From positions 9,114,001 through 9,178,000 of the forward strand of contig OZ059896.1 of NCBI GenBank assembly GCA_964057225.1: a DNA stretch of 64,000 nt. The letters run 5' to 3'. A program made the translations under genes and the position numbers. This DNA is from Auanema rhodensis. Its lineage: Eukaryota > Animalia > Nematoda. The notes beneath the pieces were generated by a model. The model worked only from the letters and a program-made list of their open reading frames with translations. It was not told where the DNA came from and did not search any database. Shown here piece after piece: positions 27,325-39,419 of the stretch; position 1 is the stretch's first letter; the number at the start of each line of letters is the position of its first letter.

Positions 27325-30300
27325 GAAGAGGGGGTGTGCAATTAGTATAATGAAAAGGAAAAAGGAATGAATATAAACTTTTTTTGTATATCATATGCAA
27401 TTATTATTGACTACTTAACTACTCTTTAATAGATTGTGTGCTAATCTTTAAGAATGTATTTTTTAATATCTCTTTTTCTCTTTTTCTCTCTCTCTCTCAC
27501 TCCCACTGTTTTGCTCCCGTCTCTTGGTAGACCTTCCGGACTAGATCTAGCTATCTGTCTGTCACTCTGCCGATCTCTCTTTGTCTATATCTTCTGCTTT
27601 TTATACCGATCAACGATCATCAAGTCGAGAAGGGAGAAGGCTTATAGAGAGTGTGAAGACATTCAGACAAGCTGGTGAAAGTTACAAGGGACTGGCTACA
27701 ACTCACGTCGCTATCGTCGTTTTCGTCGGAAGTCATCATTGGTAGTCGCTGAAGACGAGTATACGTGGAGGACAAAGCATTTGACGTTTGGGATTCCGAC
27801 AAACAAAATTAGAGAAAGGGGGGGGGGGTGAGATAAAACTATTTTGAGGTATAACATGGTGTTACTCATTAGCTAGTTATAGTATAATTATTAGCAGCAA
27901 ATCATATCATATCCAAAACCCGATGATTAATGAAAATCATTATTTTTCATCTTTTTTGAGTTGAATATTGCCAGAAGGAAAACTCAGAAAATCGTTGGCG
28001 GGAATATCAAAGTAGACTATTTTTCCTAAAATCTTTCTTTTTCTTTTCGATTTCACTGAAGAAAATTCAGTGTTCTCTAGTATAACGTGATGTTGAGAGT
28101 AGGTAATGTTATAAGATGAAAATCATCTATATTTTCCTAAAGAAAGTCTCAAGATATGTCAGCTGAGTTAGTGCATTGTTACTTCATCACTTGAACCTCA
28201 TAAACGACTACTTCTACCTTCAAAAACATAAGAGCATTTATCTTCAAGTTTCTATGTGTTCCTCATGACAACATCATTGACTATCTACATATATGTGGTA
28301 CACTAGTTGATTGATTGAATTGCATCAGATTGATGAAAAATGGAGAAGAAAGGGGGGGACTTACATATAACTTTCAATTTTTAATTTTCTTTAGTTGATC
28401 CATATCTCGGGTATAAAAAACAAGAAACGATAATCCTTTACAATATGTAATTCTTATTGTTATATTGAATAACAATATATATTTTTTAAAATAAGACATT
28501 ATAATCTTGTTTATTTTTAATATTTATATTAAAAATTATATAAATATATAGTTAATTTCCAAATTTTACTTTCAAATATCTTGTATATGTCACATTTGCA
28601 TAGAAGATTCATAGATATCACATTGTAGGACGTTCAATTCACTTTGGCTAATCTGATCTTCATCATCTTAACAATTCTCATTTGTTTTTAAATTGAAAAT
28701 TAATGTTCCAGTTTTCCATTAATCATAAGTGTTGATATCTGATTGGAAAAGGTTTTTTTTTGAGCTTTCATTATCTTTACCTTCAGTGATTTCAAGTAAC
28801 ATCTTATTTGTATAATAAGTTTGATAACCATCAAGTTTCAATTCGACCTCGTACAATAGAACTGCAAAAACTTCTTCAGCTTTTCTGATTTTTTTTCTTT
28901 CAATTTCATCTCAGACACATATATCGTGTCTAGATTGAAAGGCGTTTTTTTTTATAAATAAAGGAAAGATGATGAAGGTAAAAGATAATTCCCTCTCAAT
29001 TTTTCTCTGACAAGCCATTGTAAGTTAAATGACATACTGTCTGAAAATAGACATAGTAATCAGTGAGAAGATGGGAATCTGATAGATGATAAATAGAAAA
29101 ACAAAGGAAAGGGGGGGGGGGTTTCTATTAAACTTATATATAATTATATTAATTTTAGATCAAGTATATACTTTAACTTTTTAATTAAAATATAAAAAAA
29201 ACGTCTTATAGTAAGTATAATCAAACATATCAAAGTCCTTCCAGTTACGAAGTATATTTGAGTTTGCACATTGTTCGATTTTTTCTGTGATTTTCTCATG
29301 ATAAATTGGATAATAGAGATGATATGAAGGAATGTGGAGAATTGAATTATTTAATCTTGAATGAGAGAAATCAAAAGTATGTTTAACTTCCGCTTTATTG
29401 TTATGGATTAAATAATCATTTATCAATGTATATCTATATCAATTAAATCAATTATATGATAATTTTTGAAACCAAATGATCAAAAAACTATATGTTTTAA
29501 GTTTTTTTTTATAATAAACTAATTTAAATGATAATTCAAAATGTTTTATTTATATTTTGAACATTGTTCTTTCGAAAATGACAAAAAAACTTTTTAAAAA
29601 TTAAAATAGCATCATCTGATCCATTTTTTTTGTTCAAATTTATACATTGCTATACATTGAAGTTCGAGTAATTTCGTTTTCGTTTTTATTTGAATTTCGA
29701 GAATGTAGGTTTGCCTTAGTAAGAAAAAAAATCGACGAGACCACTTATATTTGATTTAGATGAAGCGGGTGTATAACATCATTCGCCTTGTTTCATCATC
29801 GTTTCACCATTTTCATTATTGATACATACAGCAGCATAATCATAGAAATGATGTATTTTCAATCTCAGTTATGGGGAATCGTAGAAATGGAAGGATTTTT
29901 CAAAGATGAACAGTTTTTTCGTACTAAGGACAGTGTTGGTGGTAATGAACGAGACAACCTTTGAAAGGGGTCTATCGACTAATAAGATGTGGTAGTAATG
30001 GTGATCATACGGTTGCTGGACACCTTGCAATACCGAAATAGAAAGATATTTGAGAAGACAGCTTTTCGAAACCTGTTCACGTGATTGTTCGGCAAACAGG
30101 CCAGGAATCAGCTTCTCGATAGGTCCACATCCAGGGACATAACACGTGTATCTACTATAAGGAAATCAGTAAGTTTAAGAGTCTGACCAAAAGGTTCATG
30201 TTAAACGACCACTTTGCAGATCACTCGTGTGAGTGTATTCAAGCTGAAAAACTTAAAAGGTTGAGTGTGTGTGAGACATACAATGAACCAATAAACATGC

Positions 30301-31155
30301 GCAGAGATACTGATTAGCAAAAACTCAGAAAGAGCTGACAAACCGTTGATATGAAAACACAGGGAATCAGAAAAGAGTGATTGAATGTCCAAAAAAACAA
30401 TAATTTAATTTTTTTAAAATTAGATTTGATAATAATAAACTTTTATTGACAATCAGACTACTTTCTATAGTTGGCATAGAGCCAGCCACGTTTAATACAT
30501 CACATGTCGTCCGTATGAACCTGCTCTTTTCATTTCAAGTAGGAACTGTTCAATAGGGAACTGACAATTTAATTTATATTTCCGTAAAAAAGGGAAACAA
30601 CATTTCTAAAAATTTGGTATTATATATTATAATATTATTATTTTATATATTTTTAATTTAATAAATAAATTTGTTTCATGAATACTTTGTATTATTTTAA
30701 TAAAATTTTTAAAATATTTGTATTGTTATTATTAGCTAAAATTTGTATATTATTGAATTGAAGGACCATTAAATTTGAAAAAAAGTTTCTCTATGTATCT
30801 TGACCACACCCAAATTTTTCTTTTCAATATTGTTGTTCGTTTATTTCTATTGTACAAGCATTAAAAAAGGAGAAAGAAACATCGTCAGTTGTGCAAATAT
30901 TTATTAAAAAAAAAAACTCCCGGCTATTTATACATTTATATTTTAAAGATTAAATAATTCATATTTTCTTTATTTATATTTAGATATAGATGATATTCCC
31001 TGTATTTTTCTTAATTTTTTTATATTTAACCAACAATATGTGTAAACATTAAAAATTATTTTTAAAACTTAAAAAAATCTTTTTCAAGGCTTTACGGAAA
31101 TAAAAACTTTTAAAAATTTATTAATTAATATCAATTTAAAAAATGCAAAAACAAC

Positions 31156-31238
31156 TCCGTCGAGCCGGATTCGAACCAGCGACCTAAGGATGCCCACAAC
31201 TCTACAGTCCTCCGCTCTACCAACTGAGCTATCGACGG
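31156..31238 (-). tRNA. tRNA-Tyr (GTA) with a 10-nt intron
   Basis: CCGTCGATAGCTCAGTTGGTAGAGCGGAGGACTGTAG-[agttgtgggc]-ATCCTTAGGTCGCTGGTTCGAATCCGGCTCGACGGA. Full cloverleaf, A and B boxes, intron after position 37, downstream T-run terminator. Confidence 0.98.
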
Positions 31239-31711
31239 GTGTTAGACTCTGAAACCTGAGCCGTCTTCAAGACAACTGATAAAAAAGTCTATAAAATCTA
31301 ATGTATGATATGATATGATCTGATTAAGAAAAAAATTATTTGAGATGTTATTGAGCATTAAATGACCAGGTAAAGCTTGTTTTAGGTTTCAATATTAATT
31401 AAAAAATCATATAAATCAACTTTTTATTTAAAAATTTGAATTACTCCTTCAATTTCATGTATTTTCTTTTTTTGCGATAATTCATATAATTCAAGCATTT
31501 CATGAGAAAAAAACATTTATTATTAAATATTATGTTATTAATTGATAAATTGAATATATGGAAGTGTATGTACAAGAAATTGAAAAATGGCCAGATTACC
31601 CAGACTTCGACCTCGTTGAGCTTGATAAAAATATTCTTTTGTATTTAAATGTTAATATTATAACAAAATAATACTTGTTGTATAATTCATAATGCGATTA
31701 AATAAATATTC

Positions 31712-34700
31712 TTATCGCCTCTTTCTTTTTTCAATTTTTTTAAAAAGCTTTGATGTGTTAGGCAAAGAAGCCTTGAGATCCCGAATACATTTTTCAAGGT
31801 CTAATTGAACAAATGAGATTCTTGAAGATAAGCCAACATTTCCTTCTCCTATAATTAATGAAAAATATCAAAAAATTAATTAAAAATAATAATATACCTA
31901 TATCTAATTTGATTTGATTTGGATCTACTCCACATGTTCGAGAAATTCGAACACCTTTTCCATACGATAATTCTTCAATGGCATTCTTTATTTCTGGCCA
32001 TAACATATCCATTATCATTCCTTAAATTTAAATAATTTTTTTCATAAAAATGGTAATCGTTACCTCTCATTAGATCTTGCATGAAAAGTCCCCAATTCTT
32101 TGGGAAAGCTCCAGCTTCCATAGTAATATTGGTGTCAAGCAATTGAACTAATGTTCTTCAAAATTATTTTTTTATTATAATTATATAATTATAAAAATAT
32201 ATTTTACCTTAATGTTCCTTCATCGAATGATGGACGAATTTCAGCAACAATCGTAAGAATGAATGAAACAAAGACGGAAGTCACATTTCGTTGTGGATTA
32301 ACAACTTGAAGATGAACACGGTCTCTTCTACAATTGGTATCAATATTAGAAAATATTTAATTTAATTTGAACAAACAAACTTACTTCTCTAAAACTAAAG
32401 AATTATTAGTAGCTGATATGGTGGGTTGTCCTCTAGCTGCTACATTAACTTGAAAGTAGCATTGAGAACAGAGAGTTGCCAGAAAATCTCTAGAAAAATT
32501 GTTTTCATCTCTCAATCAATCTGTACGAATTTACCGAGAATCAGGAGGAATTACTGGACTACTGACAGGTATTTGCTCATTCATCCATTCAAAATTCCAA
32601 TCAACCTAATGATTATATCATATAAAATATATATATATTGAGAAAAAGTATATAAACCTGTGATATAAGAGAATTAATTAATGTATCTTCTAACCAAACT
32701 GTTACACGATCCTCTTCATTGATTTCCATATCAAGAAATGTTGTATTATAACTGAGATTAGAATCCAATAGATCTTCCACCTGGTTTTCCATCTATAAAT
32801 AGATAATTATCTTATTTTCAAGATATAATGAACTATTTCATACTATTTCTGTCCATTCTAATTGCAACAATGCTTTCATTTGATGATCCTCTACCCGAAT
32901 ATTTTTCAATCTGAAAATAATAAAAATCATTTTATTATTCAAATTATTCAAATTATATTTTATTTATAGAATATATTCTATGTCAAATTATTAGTTACCT
33001 GTAGAAAAGAGTTGTATTGTCAGTAGCTAAGAATTTCTTTGCTTTTTCAGGAATCAAATCATAAACAGGGAAACGTCTGAAAATATTAAATTTAATATTA
33101 TTTCTCCATGTTTAAAATTCAAATGTTTGTTTAACAAATTTTAAATATCTTATGTTATTTTGTGTTTTTTTCATCGAAATATTACACAAATTATGCTTTT
33201 ATATGTAAATATATCTTAAATTGGTTTTTCAAAGTTAGCCGCCTTAGTAATACAACATATAAGGAGACAACTGCCCTTGACCGAAATAGAATGAAGAAAG
33301 GCAAATGCATGTGTTGTTACTAATCTCACATTCAGCTTTTTTTTTTCAAATTATGAAATAGAACTCAGAAATAGTTAGTATGAAATAGAAAATGAATGAT
33401 TATTTTCGAACCTAACATCATTGTACTTAATTCCGCCAACTTCTCCAGCGATAACAGTACACAAAGTTCGATCCAAAATAGGTGAAATTAATGATGACAG
33501 TAGTGATATTCCCTATAAATATATAAAATATATATAATAATAGAATTATATATTAATAATTTTCTTTGAGAAGTATATGAAGTCGTCATATAGAGATAAA
33601 CTAGTTTTATTCAAAACTCAAACTAAGCTAGTTTATTAGAGTCAAGTGAAGTATATGAATCAGATTTCAATGAAAATTTACCATAACAACTGAATTCTTA
33701 CCTTATCCGCAATCCAATGATCATGTACATTAGCTTTCAAGTAGGCATTTTCCATGTTACATTGAGCAAGTTCAACATTATTTTGATCAACATGAATAAG
33801 TAATTCACTACGATCAATCTAAATATTTTGATAAATTAGTAAAATAAATGAAATAGATTTATACCTGAAGATGAACATCAAGCATATTATCACCTAAGCC
33901 TAATGGCCAGAAAATATCTGATATTTCTGTTTCAGATGTAACATATAAACTATAATATTTATATTTATATAATAAATAAATATTATTTAAAACTTACTTA
34001 TCTATTACTAAATGAATTTTTTCATCTATGAAATTCATAGATAAATTACGATATTTAATTTTATTCAATACATCTAGAGTAGCTAATTGATTTAATTCAG
34101 GATTATCCCTTGTTTTTAACAGAATCTGAAAATAATAAAATTATTTTTTAAAATAATTTGAATGGATTTAGAATAATTTAATGGGATCACGTAATGTATT
34201 TCACGTAAATATATATGTAAATGATATTGACTTTTCATTTCTATGAAATGTAGAGTAACATACCGGTTGTTTCATTTCCCTCTCTATCTTTCTCTCTCTG
34301 TATCTATCTATCTTATGGATTTACTGATAATCTTCACTTTATCTATTCTTTAGGAAGTTCTTTTGAAAAGCCCAGACCATCGTTGGAAGAATTAAAAGCC
34401 TCAGAATAGTTTGTCAAGTCAATCGATGATTATTCATGCAATTGACTGGATCAATAACTGGTTTTACTCTCTCTATCTCTCTTTCTCTCCCTCTCTCTCT
34501 CTCTCTTTCTCTCTTATTTCACAACTCCTTGCCTTATCTATATTTCTCTTTCTTGATGCATGTCTCTGCTGTGTATTTCTTCATATATTCTTCAATAAAA
34601 TCCACAGTTTGACTTATTTACATACAGGTCAATCGACGAAAAACTTTTAATTTAAAATAAATAATCATACTTGGAAAAGTCTAGGTTCAGAGAGGAATTT

Positions 34701-34820
34701 ATCGAAGGAATGCCGTAAAACTTGCGATATGGCCGAATCACCAATCGATGTCTCTATAGAGGAACTTAAGACGTACGATATTAACGGAATGAAGTGTATC
34801 ACCAAGTTATATATACTCAT
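31712..34820 (-). CDS. Divergent secreted LBP/BPI/CETP (TULIP) lipid-binding family protein, multi-exon
   Basis: About 14 short exons splice in frame from the signal-like start MSIYNLVIHFIPLISYVLS through LAQCNM...RTLCTVI, RVTVWLEDTLINSLI, FLATLCSQCYFQ, RGQPTI and LWPEIKNAI..KGVRI to ...KRKRR*. Cys pairs and the 'xINSL...FLxTxC..C' pattern match nematode BPI-type proteins and the neighbouring gene. The family call is from motif recognition only. Confidence 0.8.
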
Positions 34821-36002
34821 CTTAAATATAATTATAAATAAGATAATTCTATTTAATTATAAGAAACATTTTATAAAATTAATGAAAAAATTCATAAGAA
34901 AAAGAAAAAAAAGCGATTGAAAAGAGTATAGAAATGAAATGAAAAACGTGTATATGATATAATATTGGAAAGAAAATTGAAGAAAACATATTCTAAATCA
35001 GATAATACTAGCAAGTATATTAGATTTTAAAAAAAAACATTTCTTACACAACTTATTAAATAATAATTCTAAAGTACAATATGAAATGATTAACATATTC
35101 GATTTCTAAGAATAAAATATTAAAAAATCGAAAAATCTTTCATCAAATGGCTGAAGTAACACAAACATGTTGTGAAGTGATGGAACTGTTGAAGACGCAA
35201 TGTCAAAATGATCAGTCTAGTTCTCTAGCCTGAGGTATGACGCTGGGAGGGTCACGAGAGGTCTTAATAGGTTGTGAGGAGTTGGTAGAGTGAAACGAGA
35301 ATGAAGGGTAAGAAGACCTTCGAGGACACAGGAAGGCCGATCGAACTGGCGGTCTGATCGGATGGAGGACAACGGTGTTCCAAGGAGGTCCGGCTGGCCG
35401 ACTGGACGTCGTAGCCCGCGGGGCGGAGAAGTCAGCCTTCCATGTCCTTCGTGGCGGTCGTCCTGATCAAGCAAGGCAAGTAATGACAACGACCACGACA
35501 ATGACAACCACGATGAACTATGCGATAGTAGGCTCTCGATGTTTTAACTTTTTGTCGTCACCAGACCTTACGGTCATTTCTCTCCTTTATACAATCTCTC
35601 TTCATCGCTCCATGTGTATTTCTAGATTCTCTCATACTTGTTCTATTTCCTCATCTATCTGTCAATCTCATAGTCTAACTCTATCATCTTCGCAGTTTTC
35701 AACCTCTTCATATAATATATTATATTTAAATTTTGCCTGGTTTGGCTGTATTCATCCTGAGACTGAAACAGTTTCGATTCTATATACTTTGCTAAACCTT
35801 TGTTTTCAACTAACTATATAATATGAGTCATTATCAAGAACTATATATACAAGCTCCATCCCATTTAGGTTATTGCCGTCTGACTCATCACTTTCAGTAC
35901 CAATTTCTACATAACCGTATCTCTCTCGTAAGAGAGAAGCCAACATTCTAGCTACCATTTGAGCTTTCCATAAGTTTTTTGTCTTTTTTCAACAAAAGTC
36001 TT

Positions 36003-38962
36003 ATGCATATTCGGAGCATTCAGCTATTTTTATGTGCATATGCTTTTCAAGTATGTAGATCCCTGGATTTTCATCCGTTGCTCGCTACAGCCCCTATGCT
36101 GCCAGGTGTTCGTGTACGACTTCAACAACGAGGAATAACCTATTTAACCGAGGTTTGTTTACATTTATATTTTCAAAGATATATACAGTATAATCAATTA
36201 GTTTATATGAATAGTTAAACGTGAAACATCTAGGAATAAGGGGGGATGATGTATACCTCGTGATTTCTTCATAATGGCAACAAGGAAGATAGTTTCAGAT
36301 TGTTTTTTATTTGTCCAGTTTCACGTTTTTTTCCTTTTATCTTTATTATCTAAGCATCTGAAAAAGTTTGCATGATATCTCTAAATCCTGTTTTTGCTTT
36401 TATATCTTTAGTAAAATTTGAACTTTTAAATCTGTTTTTTTGGTTAAAATATTCTAAAAAAATAATTAAGGACAGTAACCATTAGTTCAGTGAAGTTTAT
36501 ACTTTATCTGATAAACAACAAGTCATAACAAGAAGACCAGTAGCTTGTCTTCCAGAATTATAACCCTTCATCCGGTTTTAAAGACGAAACTCTTATTTGA
36601 TAGGTGTAGATTACTGACATCTTTATCTGCTGATTATGATTGGCTTAATCTATAATTTCTTTTTCTCCTTCTTCAGATTTTTTCAAATATCTTGGCTAAC
36701 CAGCTACCACGTTTGGTTATACCTGATGTCGAACAAAAACTTCACAATCAACAAGGTGTCATACGAATATCCAGAATTCGAATATCAAGGTTTATAAAAT
36801 CCACAATAAAATGTTATAAAATTTTACAAAAAAATGCAAATTGTAGATTCCGTCGGGCTAAAATGCAATCATTAACTCCTTCAGCTCCAAATCATGTTTC
36901 ATGGACCATGAGTGATTTAGACTTAGGGTAATTGATTATCATTTATAATTATTATTTGAAATATATTATTTAGTCTTGTTGGTGATTTATCTGGAAATGT
37001 TAATATCGTTCTTCCATTTAATTTAACAGGACAAGCTGAAGTAATAGCTGAAGGATTGACATTTCATTTGGACAGCTCCGTAAATATTAAGTGTTAACAA
37101 TCAAAATAAAATGGGAAAATCTTAAGATGGAGAAATCTGCTAACGGATCTGCTCATATTCAAACATTATCATGTATGGCATCAATACGTAATGTTCAAGT
37201 TATAAATCATAATGGAGGTTTATTTGGTTTAGCTGTTACAGTATTCAAAGTAAGTTTTTAAAATTTCGCTAAAACTTTTAAATTATTTTCTCTCTTTAGG
37301 AAGGTGTTTCTGATAATGTACGTCAATTACTACAAGGATTAATATGCAAAAAAGTATTTTTTTTAAATATAAAGTATAATTTCTTATATATCTTAGGTTC
37401 GAAAATATTTGGATGAAGATTTGAATTCGAAACTAAGTGAAGTTCAAAGCAAATCTCGTTTATCGGAAGCTGTGGAGTCTAATGCTATACGGGCTATACC
37501 AACTGGAAATGGAAAAACTATCAATATAATGAATCTTTTCGGAAAGGTAATATAGATATATTTAGTAAAAAAAATTTATTTCATTCGAATTTTAGGATCT
37601 TTCAAAGAATTTCTTGATCGATTTCAGGTATTTTTTAACTTTTCTCCAATAACAAATCTTATATTTATAATAATCAGATTGAAAGATCGTCCGATATGTG
37701 ATTCAAATAGTATCGAAGTACTTTCATTAGGAGAAATCTCGTATAATGGAATTGGAGGAACACCATTTGGTCCAGCTATCATGAATTGGCCACCAAATTC
37801 TCAGCAGAATGATGATTATATGCTTCAGCTTCTCATATCTGATTATTTAGCAAATTCTCTATTTTATCACGCATATAAGTATGTTTTTGATATTTTTGTT
37901 GTCAAAATTTCACAAATACTACTTTAGAAATCATCTCATTCATATCTTATTGACAGAAAAAACAGAAGGTGTTTCACAGTTTTTAAAGACAAACTGTGAA
38001 TCATCTTTCTGTATTGCTGATATTTTACCTCAGCTATCAGAAATCTATCCGAATTCCACATTAGAAATTGCTTTATCTGCTACAAGAGCCCCAGCAATGT
38101 TATTCAGTGAAAAGAACGGAGGTAATTTAAATTTCTATAAAACTAGAAATCTGGCGTTCATTAGAGTAGAGTTCACACATTAGATGTGAGTTCAAATTTC
38201 GATTTTCATATATTATTCTCAAAGGAGCAAATGCATTAAGCGGTTGTATTTCAATATTCACATATTATTTTCAATATAGAATGAAAATTCCTTTATATTA
38301 CAGGAGTAATATCTATAAGTGTTGGAGCTGTAGTTATAATTTTTGTTATCAAAGATAATAATCGGAAGCAAGCTGCTGTCATTGATCTAGATGCTGTTGC
38401 TGATGCACGACTTAACCTACAAGTACATACAAGTGTCAATCATTTATTGAAAACAATACCGTTTTTCAGGCAAATAATGTGAGTGGATCTGTCCAACTTA
38501 CAAAGTTTGATTTACAAAATCGTTTCAATGGAGTTCAAATAACAAATGATGAACTAGCTGATATCTCAATATTAGTTTCTCAACTATTGGAAAATATGTT
38601 TAATGAAATGCTTGTCAATGGATTTCCCTTACCTATTCCCAGAGTAATTCAACTATATCGTATAAAATTAGAAATATTAGCCCGACGCTTATATATACGA
38701 ACAGATATAGAGGTAATTTTTGAAAACAAAAAACTTTTCTCATTTCATGTATAATTAGGTTGATGAAAAACGCCTCTCACAACTTGCTGCTCAAACTCTC
38801 TTTAATGGGCCAGGATTCCGAAGTGAAGCTTCTATGCCAATATCTGGTTCACCTTTCATTGCTTCTATGACAGCAATGCCAATTGATATCTCACCTATTC
38901 GTCGACGGGCAACAATCGTTCCACACCATCATCCGTTTCAAAGATTTCAACGGGGTATTTGA
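36003..38962 (+). CDS. LBP/BPI/CETP family lipid-binding glycoprotein (BPI1 + BPI2 domains), multi-exon
   Basis: Signal peptide followed by PGVRVRLQQRGITYL, LPRLVIPDV, the conserved Cys pair (LSCMA...LICKK), GEISYNGIGGTPFGP, MLQLLISDYLANSLFYHA, FLKTNCESSFCIADILPQLSEIYPN and NGFPLPIP. Confidence 0.95.
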
Positions 38963-39419
38963 TTAGAATCTTAGTCATATTAAGATATAAAGAATTATCT
39001 AGCTATGTTTGTCAACCCATTTCGTTTTGTCTTTTTTTTTGTAAGAAAACATCATTCATGTAATAGTCTAAATGTAGGTTGTGATCTCGATCATTAATTT
39101 CTACCGTGTTTACGGGTAATAAACTGTTTGTATACTGAATATTTCATTAAAGATAATGTATATATTTCATATTTTATTATGATACTATTATCTTATTAAA
39201 AAGCATGCTTCAACATAAAACAAGAATAAGTTGGAGTGAGTAAAAAGAACATACAACATATTATATAGAAGAAATAAAAGAGGAATAAAATTGTAATTTA
39301 AGCCCGTGCGCAGAAAAACCAACTAGCGATACATTTGAGACATATAGAAATATATAAGAAACTATTGTGCTGTACAAACCCGTACCACACGGTGACCAGA
39401 ATGATTATGTCATATTGCT

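Noticed and set aside
27147-27400. ORFs with SLSLSL repeats (and similar CV/HT/IY-repeat ORFs elsewhere)
   Set aside because: Artefacts of dinucleotide microsatellites.
30180-30460. AGTCTGA/TCAGACT pair resembling the RNase P P4 helix
   Set aside because: Lacks the GGAA of CR-I and is interrupted by a long T-run that would terminate Pol III.
33893-33903. CCTAAGCCTAA (nematode telomere/telomerase-template-like), also TTAGGC near 21095
   Set aside because: At most two units, and inside a coding exon or UTR; no telomeric array or recognisable DNA-elimination site.
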